A DNA stretch of 64,000 nt from Hyaloraphidium curvatum SAG 235-1 (GCA_025558095.1 JAIVFI010000021.1:124001-188000), one strand, 5' to 3'; shown: positions 11,716 through 24,193, numbered from the stretch's first letter. Numbers and translations are program-made. The notes: generated by a model not told the origin, from the sequence alone.

Positions 11716-12046
11716 GGAGCACCGATGATGGATCGCGGTGCGGCCCAAGCCTCGCTCCAACGAGGTCGACGATATCAACGGGCTCCATACCAGCTCACTC
11801 CCTGGATTGGTTGGCGACTGGCGGTTGACCGGATGGCTTTCACATCTGGCCGGCGCCGCAGCGTTGACCGACGCCTTCTAGCTAGCTCGATTAGCTCGCT
11901 GTAGTTTTGGCGACTAGATTTCTTCCCCTGGAAAGCCAAAAAGGTTGCGGTTCGAGTGGCCGCGTGGGCGCGATTGGGCGCGATCGTCGTGCTGGTGGCC
12001 CAGCGCGAGCGGTGCGGTCGGCCACCAAGCCCTCCTTTCCCGCACC

Positions 12047-14586
12047 ATGGCGACCTTTGACTTCGACGACGACGGCTCCGTTGCAAACTTTGGCCTGGAC
12101 GCGGCCGGCGCCGAGAAGCGGACGAGGGTCGAGACTGCTTGTGACTTGTTGGTGTCCCCCGCCGCGGTTCCGCTCCAGCGCGGCCCTGACGTGCCTTTTC
12201 CGTCAGCTGCATCGTTCGCAAGATAAAGTGCGATGCTGGACAGCCGTGCAACCAGTGCTCGAAGCGCAACCGCCCCGAATGCCTCTACACGAAGCAGCGC
12301 AAGGCCAAAGGACCCGGCCGGCGGAGGACGTCGAAAAACACCGTGCAGCAGCTCGAGGCCAAGATCAAGGTGCTCGAGACGTTGGTCGGAGCGCGCCCCC
12401 TGGAGGAGGAAGCGACAATTCTGCTCAACGGCGCCGCTGGACTGGAGCTTAGCGACCCGGCTCATCTCCCCGCCTCTCTTCCCGGAACGTTCCCCTTTCC
12501 CGCTGCGACGAGCTCTTTCTCTGCGTCCAGCTCTTTCTCTTCGATCTTGGGGATCGTCGACTCTGGTCTGAATCAACCGGGGCACGGCGCCTTCTGGCCG
12601 CCGCCAGCGGCCGTTCCGCGGATCGCCAACCCAGATCCGGCCACCGCCGCGGCCTTCATGCTGAACGCTACCCCGCGGGTTCACCGCCCCTTGTCGCTCT
12701 TCGAGTCCGATCTCCCGGATTCCAACGTCATGAACTCCCTTTTCCGCGTCTACCGCGATACTTTGGCCAACCTGATCCTCTATTCTCCTCAAGCCTTGCG
12801 ATACTCGGAGGCATCCCCCCTGCTCCGATTGGCGATGTCTGCCGTGGCGGCGCGCTATATTCCGGAATGCGCGTCGTTCGGCGAGGAGCTGTTCGCGCGG
12901 GGCCGCGCCCTCTTGCAGCCGACGTTGTCTGGCGACGTGGCACCCACGATCGACGTCATGCAGGGCCTTATCAATATGGTCATGTACGCCGGCGTCTCTA
13001 ACGACGAGGGGGAATTGCTCTGGTCCCACAGGATGTTGCGCCAGCTCACGAGCTACGCGAAGGAGCTTGGGCTCGACGACGAAAGAAAGGTCGCGGTCAC
13101 CAGGAACTGGAGCGGGGAGACTGTCCAGGAACGGGACCTGAATCTGCGAAGGGCACTCTTTTGGACCGTCTTCTGCTTCGAACAGCACTTCGTTCTTATG
13201 GACACTTTCCGCGGAGCGTTCCGGGACAGCGACGTCAATGTGGGGCTCCCGTGGGCCTACGAGACCGAGTGGATCCATTCCTCTCAGCCTCCGATCCGTT
13301 TGACAAAGTTCGACAGCGGCATCGGGGAGCTCGCATACTCGCCGTACGCGAGGACCATTTTCCTCCACCACATCATCAGGCGGCTCACGGATGTCGTGAT
13401 GGAATCTCACGACCATGTGCTCAAGACCAACGATTTCTCCATACCCCCGGACCTCGTCCAGAAGCGCACGTGGATTCGCGATAAGCTCAAGGAGTACTAC
13501 AATGCCGAGGTCCAGTACGCGCATCAGGAGGCTCACCAGTTCTCGGACGTTCTCGTCCCCCAGTCACCTGGCGGTGAGGCGGCGGACGCGGAGGAAGCTG
13601 GAAGCGGAATGTTCACCGCGCCGCTCGTCGACCGCAACGGAACGCTGATCGACGAGCCCGCCGGAGGGAGCCGTGTCTTCTTCACGAAGCTTCAAGCGCG
13701 GAACTCTCTGTCGGGCAAAGCCATTGTTTACCACGGATTGAGTGCCTTCGTCGGCTGCCCTCGTGAAGATCTCGAGGCCTTCTTTGACATAACGTGAACA
13801 TTCGAACGTTGTTCCGTGTCAACAAGTTGCTGACCTTTCCGTCCTAGAAACGTGGGTATTGAACCCATTTCCAAGTTTGAACGCCAGCAGGCCAAGGAGC
13901 GCTTGACGCGGTGGATCAATCTTCCCGTGGTTCACGCTGCCCGCAAAGCTGCTGCCGGACCCGACGCTCCCGTGGATCTCCTCGAAGAGGAAGCCGCGCG
14001 AAACGTGCTGGAGTGTTTCGAGCACGTCGCCGGCCTAACCACTCAGCTCCAGCATCTCATGAACGTCAACCCTTCGATCAGCTTCGTACATCCGCTCACC
14101 CTCTGGTGCATTTGGGTCTGTGGGATCATCGACCTGGCGCGCTTCGTGCTCAGCACGGCCATGCCCGATCCCGCCCTGGACGCTCGGATTCCTTTCATGC
14201 TGCAGGTCCTGCGGCACGTGACCGTAAAGCACTCGTGGCCGTTTGCAGCCAGCTTCATCGAAGGGTTCTCGCGGATGTTCGAGTGGGCCATGCGGTCAAA
14301 GGCCAACCAGGTGGTCGCGACCCTGACATCGCAGCCCGTTGATGACCGCATGCTGGACAACGGTCTGCGATTCACGCCTTGCAGCGTTTCTAGCGAAGCC
14401 GGCGGCAACCGGTCGACACCATCCAGCGGTCCTGCTCGCCGCAGCCCTGCGGATTCGGTATCCCCGCCGCCGGACGCCTTTGACTCGGGACCCACGATGC
14501 GAACCATCGGGGACCTGCAAAACACTCTCTCCTCGGCCCTTCTGGTCAGCAACTTCGACGACCTTGATGCTGTTTTGAATTCTTAA
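12047..14586 (+). CDS. Zn(II)2Cys6 transcription factor with fungal middle-homology domain
   Basis: Spliced CDFCIVRKIKCDAGQPCNQCSKRNRPEC; later ERDLNLRRALFWTVFCFE. Introns near 12148-12206 and 13794-13848. Confidence 0.88.
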
Positions 14587-14655
14587 AGTGTGTCTGAATT
14601 GATCAAGTGTACACAGGGTTGCCATGTCGAAATCATCAAAGACAGAGCTTGACCA

Positions 14656-16360
14656 TCAAGAACAACATCCAGATCCTCCGCCCGTGCCGCAGGCGCAGCC
14701 GCCCGCGCAGGCTGCGCACCCGTCCACAGCGCCGTCGCCACAGGCGCACGACGTCCCACCCCCGCAGCACGACGAGACGGCCCCGCAGCAGCCTCCATCC
14801 TCGCCATGCGACTCCTCGAGCGGATCCTTATCATGCTCGCAATGTCCCGCGCAGCTATCGCATATGCCGGTTGCCGTGTAGCAGCCGCAGGCGCACAACT
14901 GCAGCTGCCCGAGGCCGACCGCCGTTGTCGGTGGAGCCGACTGCACGTCCTTGGAAGAGCAGCACGACGAAGTGGTCCGCGCCTCAGCAGCCTGGACCCC
15001 GGCAGAGTGAGCTGCGCTTGAGCCGACCAGACCAGCAATTCCGCGGTCAACATTGACCGAAGCAGATATCGCCTGTGCGGGCTGGAATACACCGGGGTGA
15101 AGAGAACCGGGGGGCACTCCAGCAGCGGGAATGGAACCAAAGGCTGCGCTGCTCCCCGTAGCGACGTGGTGCCACGGCCCCAAATCACCGCCGTGTATGG
15201 AGGGGAAAGGAGACGTGCCAACGCCGTTGTAGGGCAGTCCGTGCATCATCATCGATGGGTCGTAGAAGAGCTGCTGCTGTTGGGGAACAGAGACCGCATG
15301 CGGAAGGCCGCCTTGAGCCTGGGTCCAGCCCATTGTCGGCAAGATCCCTTGGTGAAAGGGCGAACCTGCGTCGGCGGCAAACAGACCATCTCCCTGCGGC
15401 ATCTGCCAGTCTGGAGCGCCTGCCATTCCGTAGCCCGAGCCACTGGCCAGACCATCGTCGACAATGAACCAGTTCCGGTCCGCTTCGTGCGGAACATGTC
15501 CCAAACCCGCCGGATCCGGATCGAAGGATGATTGTCCGGGATCGCGCGACTTCTTAGCCGAGCGTCTCGGCTCCGCGGCCGCCAAAGGGACGCCGAACTC
15601 GCCCCCGGCTCCGGCCGCCGTCATCTCGCCTCCTTTGGCTCCGCGCGATTTCGCGCTTCGGGGCAATTTGGAGCAGATGCACGTGCCGCCGAGCTTGCAA
15701 GAGCAGGGATTCTCTAGCGGCGGGATCAGAAAGGACCGCGCAGGTGTGCCAAGGATCCCACCTATCGCCATCTGCCATTCCTTGTCGTTCTGCACGTCGG
15801 TGAGTCGGATCTCCCGGAAAGCAACCCGCACTTCGTAGGATTCGGTGTTCGAGGCGGAAACCGAATCCAGCGAAGCTGTCCCGTCGTCGCCGGCAGCGCT
15901 CGCAGCGTCGCTCGCATCGCTCCTTGCCCCCTTCTCCTTCTTCGCGTTCTTGCTGGGAACGACCACCAGCAGATTGACGTTCGAGTCCGCCTCGAGGCGC
16001 GCCTTGACCGCACCGGCCACGCCGGGGTCGTCGGGCGTGAAGCTGAGCGACAAGCCCGCTTCCTCGAACAGAACTTTGCGCCGGGTCAGCGCGAGACCAT
16101 GCTTCCACGTCAGAAAGAGACGCACTTTCGATATTTTTGCGCAGCTCGCCCCTCATGACCTGTCCTGCGATGCCGCAGACGCACTTGACGTGGCTCCCGC
16201 ACTTCTCGCTCCGCCTCGACTTGCAGTGGTCGCACTGCGTCGACGGACGACCCTTGTTCCGGATCTCCTTCAGCGGCCGGTCCACATGCTTGCAGGTGGC
16301 CGGGCGATGGCCTCCGATACACTTCTCGCAGGCGAATCGGAACCCGCCGTACGTGATCAT
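14656..16360 (-). CDS. Copper-fist (Ace1/Haa1/Mac1-type) transcription factor with Cys-rich C-terminus
   Basis: FACEKCIGGHRPATCKHVDRPLKEIRNKGRPSTQCDHC..HVKCVC. Intron 16074-16125. Internal CSCKLGGTCIC and a C-terminal CxC/CC cluster. Confidence 0.9.
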
Positions 16361-16585
16361 GGCGAGCCGGCAACCGGCCCCTCGGCGGGCTCCGTGTCAG
16401 GAACGATGCAGTCTTCGGCTTCCCGTGCCGGAAATGAGACCAGGACGGTCGGGAAGGGCGTGCGGTAAGGAAAGGCTGGGACAGACGATGAGCGCTTTTC
16501 GCCGCGCGCCGCGCGGCCCTCGACGCCCCGCCACTGCCTCCGTCGTGTCGAACACTCCGGCGTCCGATTTCATGGTCGGTTTTCT

Positions 16586-18160
16586 ATGTCCAATGAGCCG
16601 GAGACTCGCTTGGATTCCTTGACATTAGCTGGCAACGAGAATCTGGAGGGAATTCGCACGCTCGACGGGGATGGGAAGGACATCGGCTCCGCCCTCGACG
16701 GAAAGACGAGCGGAACGGTCGAAAAGAACAAAATAGCGGCGGGAATTGACGAAAAGAACGAAACTGCACCAGGGACGGAGGATTGGGACAGAAGGACGAG
16801 CGACGGCGGCACCAGTCCCGAAAGGGAGACAAAGGCCGTGTATCCTCTGGAGACATCAGCTTACTCGGATGGCGCCCTCGGCAACACTCCTGAGTCGGAG
16901 AAAGATTTGGACCCCCTGGATCCAGCTGCATACCCCGAGGGCGGTCTGCGAGCGTGGCTCGTCGTCTTTTCGTCGTTCCTGATCCAATTCATCCTCATCG
17001 GCTTTCGGGACAGCTTCGGAGTTTTGCAGCGTTACTGGGTTTTCAATGAGACGTTTCCCGGGAGCAACAACGTCTCAATATCGTTTATCGGTACTGTCGG
17101 GGCCTGCGGCTTCGCCCTGTTCGGACCTCCTGCTGGCCGGATTGCAGATCGCTGGGGTTACCAAAAGACTGCTGCTTTAGGAGGACTCGTCGTCGCCGCC
17201 GGATTCATTATCGGCTCCTTCGGCACCGAACTGTACCAATTGTACTTGTCGCTTTCCCTTTTTTTCATGGTTGGGCTCCCGCTGGCCTACTATCCCGCCG
17301 TCTCCGCTCCACAGACGTACTTTCTTCGCAGGCGGAGCCTGGCGTTTGGAATCTCGGTCGCCGGGTCAGGCTTGGGCGGATTCGCGATCACAAACATCCT
17401 GCAGAAGCTCATCGATTCCGTCGGGTGGAGGAACGCACTCAGGATCATTGGCGCCGTCGGTGGCGTTTGCGTGATCCTCGTCGCGCTGCTTCTCAAGCCC
17501 CGGCTCGTCGCCAGCAAACGGGGCGCGCCCTACCAGTGGCATTTCTTCCGGGACCCCAACTTCCTGAAGCTGTTCTTCTTACAATTTTTTGCGGGATTGG
17601 GATTCTACATTCCCGCGTACTACGTCCCTTCTTTCGGTTCCAACATCGGCGTGCCCCCCGCAACGTCATCGTTCATCCTGTCGATTCAGTCGATATCGAG
17701 CTTCTGCGGACGCCTGTCAATACCAATGATTGGGAACTTCACCGGCCAGTTCAACATCTTCCTCTTTGCGCTTGCAATCCAGGGGATCGCTGTCGTCGGG
17801 ATACTGGCCCCTGCCCAGACTGCAGCCCAGATGTACGGTTTTGTTGTAGTCTACGGATACTTTTCTGGCGGCTACACCTCGACCGGTACCATGGTCATCG
17901 CCGACGTACTAGGAATCTCCGATCTTTCGACGAAGCTCGGACATGTTTTCTTGGCCATCTTGCCGGGGCAGCTTGCCGGGCCGTCGATCGCGGGAGCCTT
18001 GATTGATCGGACAACTGTGATACTTCCCGACGGGACACGGCAATCGAGCTACTGGGGAGCGTTCATTTTCGCCGCAGTCATGTTGTTTCCAATGTCGTGG
18101 CTCTTTGTGTTGTGGCTGCGAATGGACCGGGCAAAGGGGAAGATCGTCGCACGGGTTTGA
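16586..18160 (+). CDS. MFS monocarboxylate transporter (MCH-like)
   Basis: PEGGLRAWLVV, SFGV, GRIADRWG, YFLRRRSLAFGISVAGSGLGG; about 12 hydrophobic segments. Confidence 0.92.
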   Translation: MSNEPETRLDSLTLAGNENLEGIRTLDGDGKDIGSALDGKTSGTVEKNKIAAGIDEKNETAPGTEDWDRRTSDGGTSPERETKAVYPLETSAYSDGALGNTPESEKDLDPLDPAAYPEGGLRAWLVVFSSFLIQFILIGFRDSFGVLQRYWVFNETFPGSNNVSISFIGTVGACGFALFGPPAGRIADRWGYQKTAALGGLVVAAGFIIGSFGTELYQLYLSLSLFFMVGLPLAYYPAVSAPQTYFLRRRSLAFGISVAGSGLGGFAITNILQKLIDSVGWRNALRIIGAVGGVCVILVALLLKPRLVASKRGAPYQWHFFRDPNFLKLFFLQFFAGLGFYIPAYYVPSFGSNIGVPPATSSFILSIQSISSFCGRLSIPMIGNFTGQFNIFLFALAIQGIAVVGILAPAQTAAQMYGFVVVYGYFSGGYTSTGTMVIADVLGISDLSTKLGHVFLAILPGQLAGPSIAGALIDRTTVILPDGTRQSSYWGAFIFAAVMLFPMSWLFVLWLRMDRAKGKIVARV

Positions 18161-18351
18161 GAGTGACTCTGGCATGGCGGCCAAGGGGGAAGCAATGGAG
18201 TGGAGAGTGAATATGGCGTGGCGGCCAAGAAAGAAGGTCGTCGCACGGGGTTGAGAGGAGAGTGACTCTGGCATGGTGTGAAGTGGTCGTGAACGGGACT
18301 AGAGGGTGTGCACTTCCGTTTGTTCCCGATTCCAGAAGTCCAGCTGTCAAG

Positions 18352-19818
18352 CTAACTCGAAGGGCCAAAGACGACGACGTCGCCGACCCTGGCCTGGAAC
18401 CTCCATCCGTTTCTCTTCAGGTGGTTGCAGATGGCGGGGTGGAGTTTCGAGCGGTTCGAAGAAGAGTGGAGGCCGCGACCGGTGATGATCCGGAACTGGC
18501 GGCGCGTGTCCCTCGCCTGGCCGTAGCTCCAACCAAAATAGAACGCGTTCAGCGCGTCATCGACGGCCTCCAGTGCCTCCTTTATGAAGAGGCCATGGAG
18601 GTCGAGCTGATTGCCGTCGGAGCGCGCCACGAGGGTCTCGGCAGCGAGCCTGTTGAAACGCTCCATCTGCTCCCGCGCCTCCCTTCCCAGCGAGGCGTAG
18701 TACTGTGCGGATCCCTGGCCGGTCAGGTTCCTGCGTGCACTGGCGTCGCTGGCCCGTCTGAACAGCTCCACGGACCGGTTGTGCATGTCGAGCGCCTTCA
18801 GGCGGTACTCTTTCCACGGTTCCGCGCCGGAAACGCGCGGGCGAGACGGGCTTCCGAATCGTTCCCTGCTAGCCATGGCGCTCTCGGGCTGCAACCCGAT
18901 GGCAGCAGCCTCCAGCTTGGTTCCAAGGGAGGCTCCGATCGGCGTCCGTACGCCTCTCCGTCCTTTCTTCTTGAGCTTTCTCAAGGCACTGTCCGTCCCA
19001 TGTAACAGGCAGCCGGCCTCGCCTCCCTTCCGGCTCCGACACTGGTAGTCGCACAAGCCAGCGTCGATGACGTCGAGCACATCGTTAGGCAGTCCGGTAT
19101 GCTGCGCGTAGTCCTGCATCGCCACGATCCAATCAAAGAGCTCGGGCCCGTCGAGCTCCGGAAACCTTGCGCAGAGCTCCTGCAGCCGCGATCGCGGGAC
19201 CTGGGGAAACACATCGACCAGAAACTCCAGCGCTGATGCTTCCGCCATCATGGCGCCCAGCTCCCGTTCAAAATCGGAATCCTCCGACTCCGTGGCACTA
19301 CGTTCCTCATCGTAGCTCATGGTAGAGGTCCCATCGTCCTCGCGGATGTCTTCGTCTGCCACAAATACCTCTGTGGCCGACGGCGTTGGCGCCGCTCTAG
19401 TGAGAGCATCGAGGGCGGCGTCCAGGTCCATGTCGTGGTCCAACAGCGCCGACTGGGCGAGCGTCAGATCGATGTCCGGCAAGACAGACAATAGTTGGGC
19501 GATGCCCAGGTCCAGAGCGTGTTCATCGTAGCCCCGTGGGCCGGGCGGCCGATCCTGCGGCTTCCCCGCCGATGCTGTCCGTGCCGGTGTGGAATCGCTC
19601 CTCCGAGCCCCGGCACGCAAAGCACCCGACCCCTGCAGGCGCATTGCCGTTGTGGAACGTGTTCGTTGAGGGCTCGGCGATGCCGAGGCAGCCCTCGCAA
19701 GATCCGGGTTCCCCGGTGGCGGACGGCCGCGGTTTCCATTGTCAGGGCCCTCCTCCGCGTCCAGAACGGCAAAATAGGAGGGCACTACAGTTCCCTGACG
19801 CCCACTCGGCCGATCCAT
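18352..19818 (-). CDS. CUE + DUF1771 + Smr domain protein (Cue2/N4BP2-like endonuclease)
   Basis: CUE-like QLLSVLPDID..ALLDHDMDLDAALDAL and FLVDVFPQV; Smr LDLHGL..EA..IITGRGLHS. Start approximate. Confidence 0.85.
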   Translation of the reverse strand: MDRPSGRQGTVVPSYFAVLDAEEGPDNGNRGRPPPGNPDLARAASASPSPQRTRSTTAMRLQGSGALRAGARRSDSTPARTASAGKPQDRPPGPRGYDEHALDLGIAQLLSVLPDIDLTLAQSALLDHDMDLDAALDALTRAAPTPSATEVFVADEDIREDDGTSTMSYDEERSATESEDSDFERELGAMMAEASALEFLVDVFPQVPRSRLQELCARFPELDGPELFDWIVAMQDYAQHTGLPNDVLDVIDAGLCDYQCRSRKGGEAGCLLHGTDSALRKLKKKGRRGVRTPIGASLGTKLEAAAIGLQPESAMASRERFGSPSRPRVSGAEPWKEYRLKALDMHNRSVELFRRASDASARRNLTGQGSAQYYASLGREAREQMERFNRLAAETLVARSDGNQLDLHGLFIKEALEAVDDALNAFYFGWSYGQARDTRRQFRIITGRGLHSSSNRSKLHPAICNHLKRNGWRFQARVGDVVVFGPSS

Positions 19819-20019
19819 GCCAGATTTACGCAAGTCGGGCACAACAGTGCGCGGTTCGCCGTACGCGTCTCATCAGCAGGCGAAACTCGTCGCATCGAGC
19901 AGGTCGCGGAATCGAGCAGGCCGTGGAATCGATCGTTTCTGCGGTCATTCTGCAACCGAAGATTGCTTTCGAACATTGAAGGTCGCTCTGCGCGGCGGAC
20001 TGCAGACGCACGAGGCGCG

Positions 20020-21335
20020 ATGGCGGACGCAGCGCGACCGGCGGCGAAGGACCCCATCTATCGTCTCCTGGACATTCTCATACCCCTCCTTCAGTACTAT
20101 GGCTTCTATCTGCTCATCATCGGCGGCTCCATTTGGTACCTGTGGCCGCGGGTGGTCGGGGAGAGGCTCTCCCGCGTCGTCTCTCCCCCCGAGGACCCCG
20201 AAGTCCAGGAGCGAAAGCGTCGCGAAGCTTGGCTCCGCAGGCAGGAGGAGATGGAGCAGGCGGCTGCGGAGAGAAGGCGGCAGCGGGAACAGGAACTTGC
20301 CGAAGCGAGTGCGGCTTCGCAGGCGGAGCCGAAGCCCGTGCCGATCCCGCCGCCTGAACCTCCGGCGCCCCGATTGCCTCCTGTCGAAGCGGTGCGCGAG
20401 GCATGGGGTCGGGTGTCATCCGTGACTGCGTCTGGAGCTTCTTCGAACTCGGAATCGCCCGCCTCCCCCGTCTTGGGTTCCGCGGAACGGGTTAGCGAGC
20501 CCGTGCCAGAACCGACCGCTGCCGAAGTCGTTGGGACTGGACCGATCATGGATAGGACCTCATCCGAGGACACAACTTCTTCTACTGAGGACACGGAAGC
20601 CGAGAGCGTGCCCCGATCGGCCGCCGAGGAAACACCTGCTACCTCGCCGCCGAACAACCCGCCGAGTGCTGCTGTTCAGCTCCCCTCGGCTCCCGAACCG
20701 CACCTGAACGCCTACAATCCCAACCCCTACGCCGACCGGCCCCCGCCCCCCATCTTCGTCGACCTCGACCCCGAAGCCGAGGCCGAGCTCGTGCGCTCGC
20801 CCCTGTACGGCAGCGACACCTCGCCCTCCCCTCGGGGCAACGACTTCTCCCACCCCTTCCGGATCCTCTGGACCCCCGGCGCCCACCGCACCCCCCATCC
20901 CTCCTTCCGCGCCCCCACGCTGCTTCGGATCGTCGTTTTCGCGGGGCTGTACCTGGACGGCCTCGAGTTCCAGTTCCGGGACGCCGACACGGTCCGGGTG
21001 GGCAGGACCTCGGGCACGGTGGCGGGGCAGATCGAGATCCGGCACGGGGACTACATCAGGCGGGTGCACGTTCGGAGCGGGGAATGGGTGGACGCGCTCG
21101 CGGCCGTCATCTCGGGCGGGAGAGAGGTGGGTTCTTTGCAGTCCAACAGGCGGCGTGGCGGGATGCTGATCCGATTCGCGCGCAGCTTCCGTGGTGCGGG
21201 GGCACGGGGGGCGAGATGCACGAGTTCGAGCCGCCGATCAACACGAGGATCGTCGGGTTCTGGGGATATGCGGGGTATGAACAGGGGATTGACGGGTTTG
21301 GCGTGGTCTGCGCGCCCGTGTCCATCAAGGAGTGA
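20020..21335 (+). CDS. Single-TM/coiled-coil (SelS-like) protein with C-terminal jacalin-like lectin domain
   Basis: YYGFYLLIIGGSIWYLW followed by an E/R coil; C-terminal beta-prism-like YLDGLEFQF, GDYIRRVHVRSGEWVDAL, |CGGTGGEMHEF..IVGFWG..IDGFG. Intron ~21127-21185. Confidence 0.7.
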
Positions 21336-21614
21336 AGGACCGTAGGAAATGTCCGCGCACTGCTATTGTTCTCGGTCAGCTTGTGGGCGATTTCCTCATT
21401 CAGATGTAGAAAAGTTTCGAATTGCTAGCAGGAGGGTAGATGCTTCATTTTGATTAGAGAAATTAAAAAATGAATCCGAGGTGATAAATGCCTCGGTCCG
21501 ACGATTTTGTGGCGATTCGAAGTGCTCACCGAGCCACGTCACCGTCCATCGCGCCGATTCCCATCCCCTCTCTCCGCCGCCGTTTCCGCCTTTCCGCGCC
21601 ACGTAAACGACATC

Positions 21615-22256
21615 ATGGCCTCCGCCAAGAACCCCACCGAGGCGCAGAAGGCGGGCCCGCGCGGACGCGCGCCGCCGGCCTCCCACTGACCCTGGCGTAC
21701 GACTACGATGGCCCGCAGGTGAAGGACCTCGAAAACAAGACCGGCGCCCGCTCCGGCGAGCAGCAGGCCGAATCCTCCTCTGAAGCGGACGAGATGGCCA
21801 AGCTCAAGGGGTACAAGGAACCCGAGTGCGTCTCCTTGACTTCCCGTCCGCCGGGTTTCCAGCCGCTCACAATCGGACAGGGGCGGCATTGTGCCCAAGA
21901 CGCAGGACGAGGCGGTCGCTGCCGTCCACGCCGCGCACTCGGGTGGGGAACCGGGGAAGCTGCAGAAGCTGCATGCAGAACGCCCCGAGTTCGCGGATGT
22001 GGGTCCCGTGGACTTCCCGGCGATCGGGAGAGAAGAGATGACCGTTGTTCGCACCGCAGGACTGGGGCCTCGACGCCGAGTCGCAGCGCGAGGCCGGGGT
22101 TAGGTACTCGGGGCGGGACGACGCGCCGGCGCCGCCCACCCTGATCCCGAGGGCAAGTTGGAGCGGATCGCGGAGCAGAGGACCAAGGAAGGCAAGGGGC
22201 CGGAGGCGGTGAAGAAGGAGGTGGAGAAGCAGGAGGGGGGCAAGGGGAAGCTTTGA
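21615..22256 (+). CDS. Small hydrophilic protein (hydrophilin/LEA-like), multi-exon
   Basis: Spliced MASAKNPTEAQK|VKDLENKTGARSGEQQ..KEPE|GGIVPKTQDEAVAA..FAD|DWGLDAESQREAG|LERIAEQRTKEGKGPE..GKL*; four short introns with branch sites. Confidence 0.6.
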
Positions 22257-22442
22257 GGGGCGGTCTTGCGGGACGGTTGGATGACCGAGAAGGGAGATGG
22301 ATCGGCAAAGATCTCCATTCTCCCAAAGCAAAGAACACGCGCTGCTGTTCCATCCCTTAGATCTTGGGCGGAGGAGCCTTGAATCCTGTCGATCCGAATA
22401 ACAACCACGTCCACGGATTGCGGGGGAGGCGGGGAACGGCGG

Positions 22443-23442
22443 TTACTTCGTGATGCCTTTGGGGAGGGAGCCCACGGGGGACCGGCCATGAATACACGGG
22501 TTCCGTGGCCAATCACCCCGGCGCGGCGCAGGGGGGGGACCCACCGATGACGCCGCAGGCGAGGCGGCCGCCGGCGTTGCCCGTGGTCTTGGAGAGCTCG
22601 TGGCCGCCCTTGCCGAGGTCGTCTTGGCCCTCGTGCACGACGATGGTGCGGCTGCAAAGCCGGACAACGGATGAGGTATAAAAGGGTGGCCGCGATGGAG
22701 TCGGGTTGCCGGGGAGATTGCCGATTAGTAAAGTTCGAGCAACGTTCGATGCCCCGCACGCACCCGATGACGGAGTGGTGCCCGAACAGGGTGATGTGCT
22801 TGTCCGTAATGGTCCCCGTGATCGTGCCGTCCGCGCCGGCGGTGACGTTGCCGAGGTCACCTGCGCCGGAGGGTGGAGATCAGCGAAGGCCGGCCGGCAC
22901 TTCTGAGCGCCCGAAACCCACCGACGTGGCGCTCCTCGTCGGTGGGGGCGCCATGGGTCTTGCCGTGGGGGTTGTAGTGCCCGCCGGCGGAGGTGCATCC
23001 GTTGGTGTTGTCGCCGAACTCGCTGGGAGACGCGTGGGGAATGGGAGGGTTCCCGGTCAGCATCCGGGGTCGGACGGGATTAGCTGCCGCGCCACGCACT
23101 GGATGTGGAAGCCGTGGTCGCCGGGCTTGAGGCCCTTGAGGTCGTAGGTGATCTGGATGTGCTTGCCCTCCTCCTGCTCGAGGGTGATGGTGCCCGTGAC
23201 GGGCGAGTCGCCGCGGACGACGCAGACGGCCTTGACCTGCGCATCCGGCGGGAAGGCGATCGGGTACCGATCAGCGACGTGCCGCAGGGTGCACCGGGCC
23301 GGCTGCGCACGGCGCGGCGCCGATGCGGGAGCGGCTTCCCGCGGGCCGGCCGGACTGTCTCCGCGGCCCCACGGCGCGCCGCCCCGCCTCGGCGCGCGTT
23401 TCCCCGCCGAATGAGCCGCGAATGACGGCGGATGCGTACCAT
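22443..23442 (-). CDS. SOD1: Cu/Zn superoxide dismutase
   Basis: M|[17 protein letters not shown]|[23 protein letters not shown]|DLGNV..|[31 protein letters not shown]|ITK*. First intron directly after the ATG. Confidence 0.96.
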
Positions 23443-24193
23443 TTTGGCGTGGAGGTCGCGGAGGGCGGGCGGGGAAGGTGGTGGAAGCGAGTGCGGGACG
23501 TTTGCCGATCCGCGGGCGCGGGCCGAGGAGAGATCGGCGGCCCTCCGGACACGACCACACGCGTTCGGCGCTGTTCTAGAGGTGCTGGACTCGTAGGTTC
23601 GCTATGTAGTTGGCGCTGCTTCGCAGCCCCGGCCTTCGGCTTGATGATCGCGCACCGTTGCATGTATCCTGGCACATTCTCGCGCACCTCTTCCTCTAGC
23701 TCAACGCCATCACCCGAACAATGCGCTGCACCGGATCAGCCCCTAGCCAGGCGGACAGTACAACTCCACTACTCCAGCACCATGCGCACGCCAAACCCCA
23801 AGCTGCTGGTGGACGATCGCCCGGAACGGCCCCGTCCCGTTGCGTTCCAGCATGTCGCGGTGGCGCCGGAGGAAAGATCGCAGGGGTGCGGATGGCGCGC
23901 CATGAGTGATCCTGCCGACGAAGGTCGTGCTCGCTGGCGGGCCGCTTAGGACGAGATACGGCGCGAACCCTGTAGCTCAGAGAACGTGCGCTTACTAGGC
24001 CAAGAGGGCAACCAGGCACAGTACACTAACGATGAAGTGTTTAGAGGCTTCGATCCGTGTCGTGCGCCGCACTACGGTACTTATAGTCCACTCTCTGGCT
24101 GTAATTTGGTGATGGGACCGAGATCCCGGCGCTGTTCGGCCAACTTCGATTCCTCATCCCGGTCACCGCCTGCTACCGCTATCGACCGCCGCG

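Noticed and set aside
11914-13536. Long antisense ORFs (also 31048-32427, 53265-55223, 56282-57619)
   Set aside because: Shadow frames of GC-rich genes on the opposite strand or in another frame.
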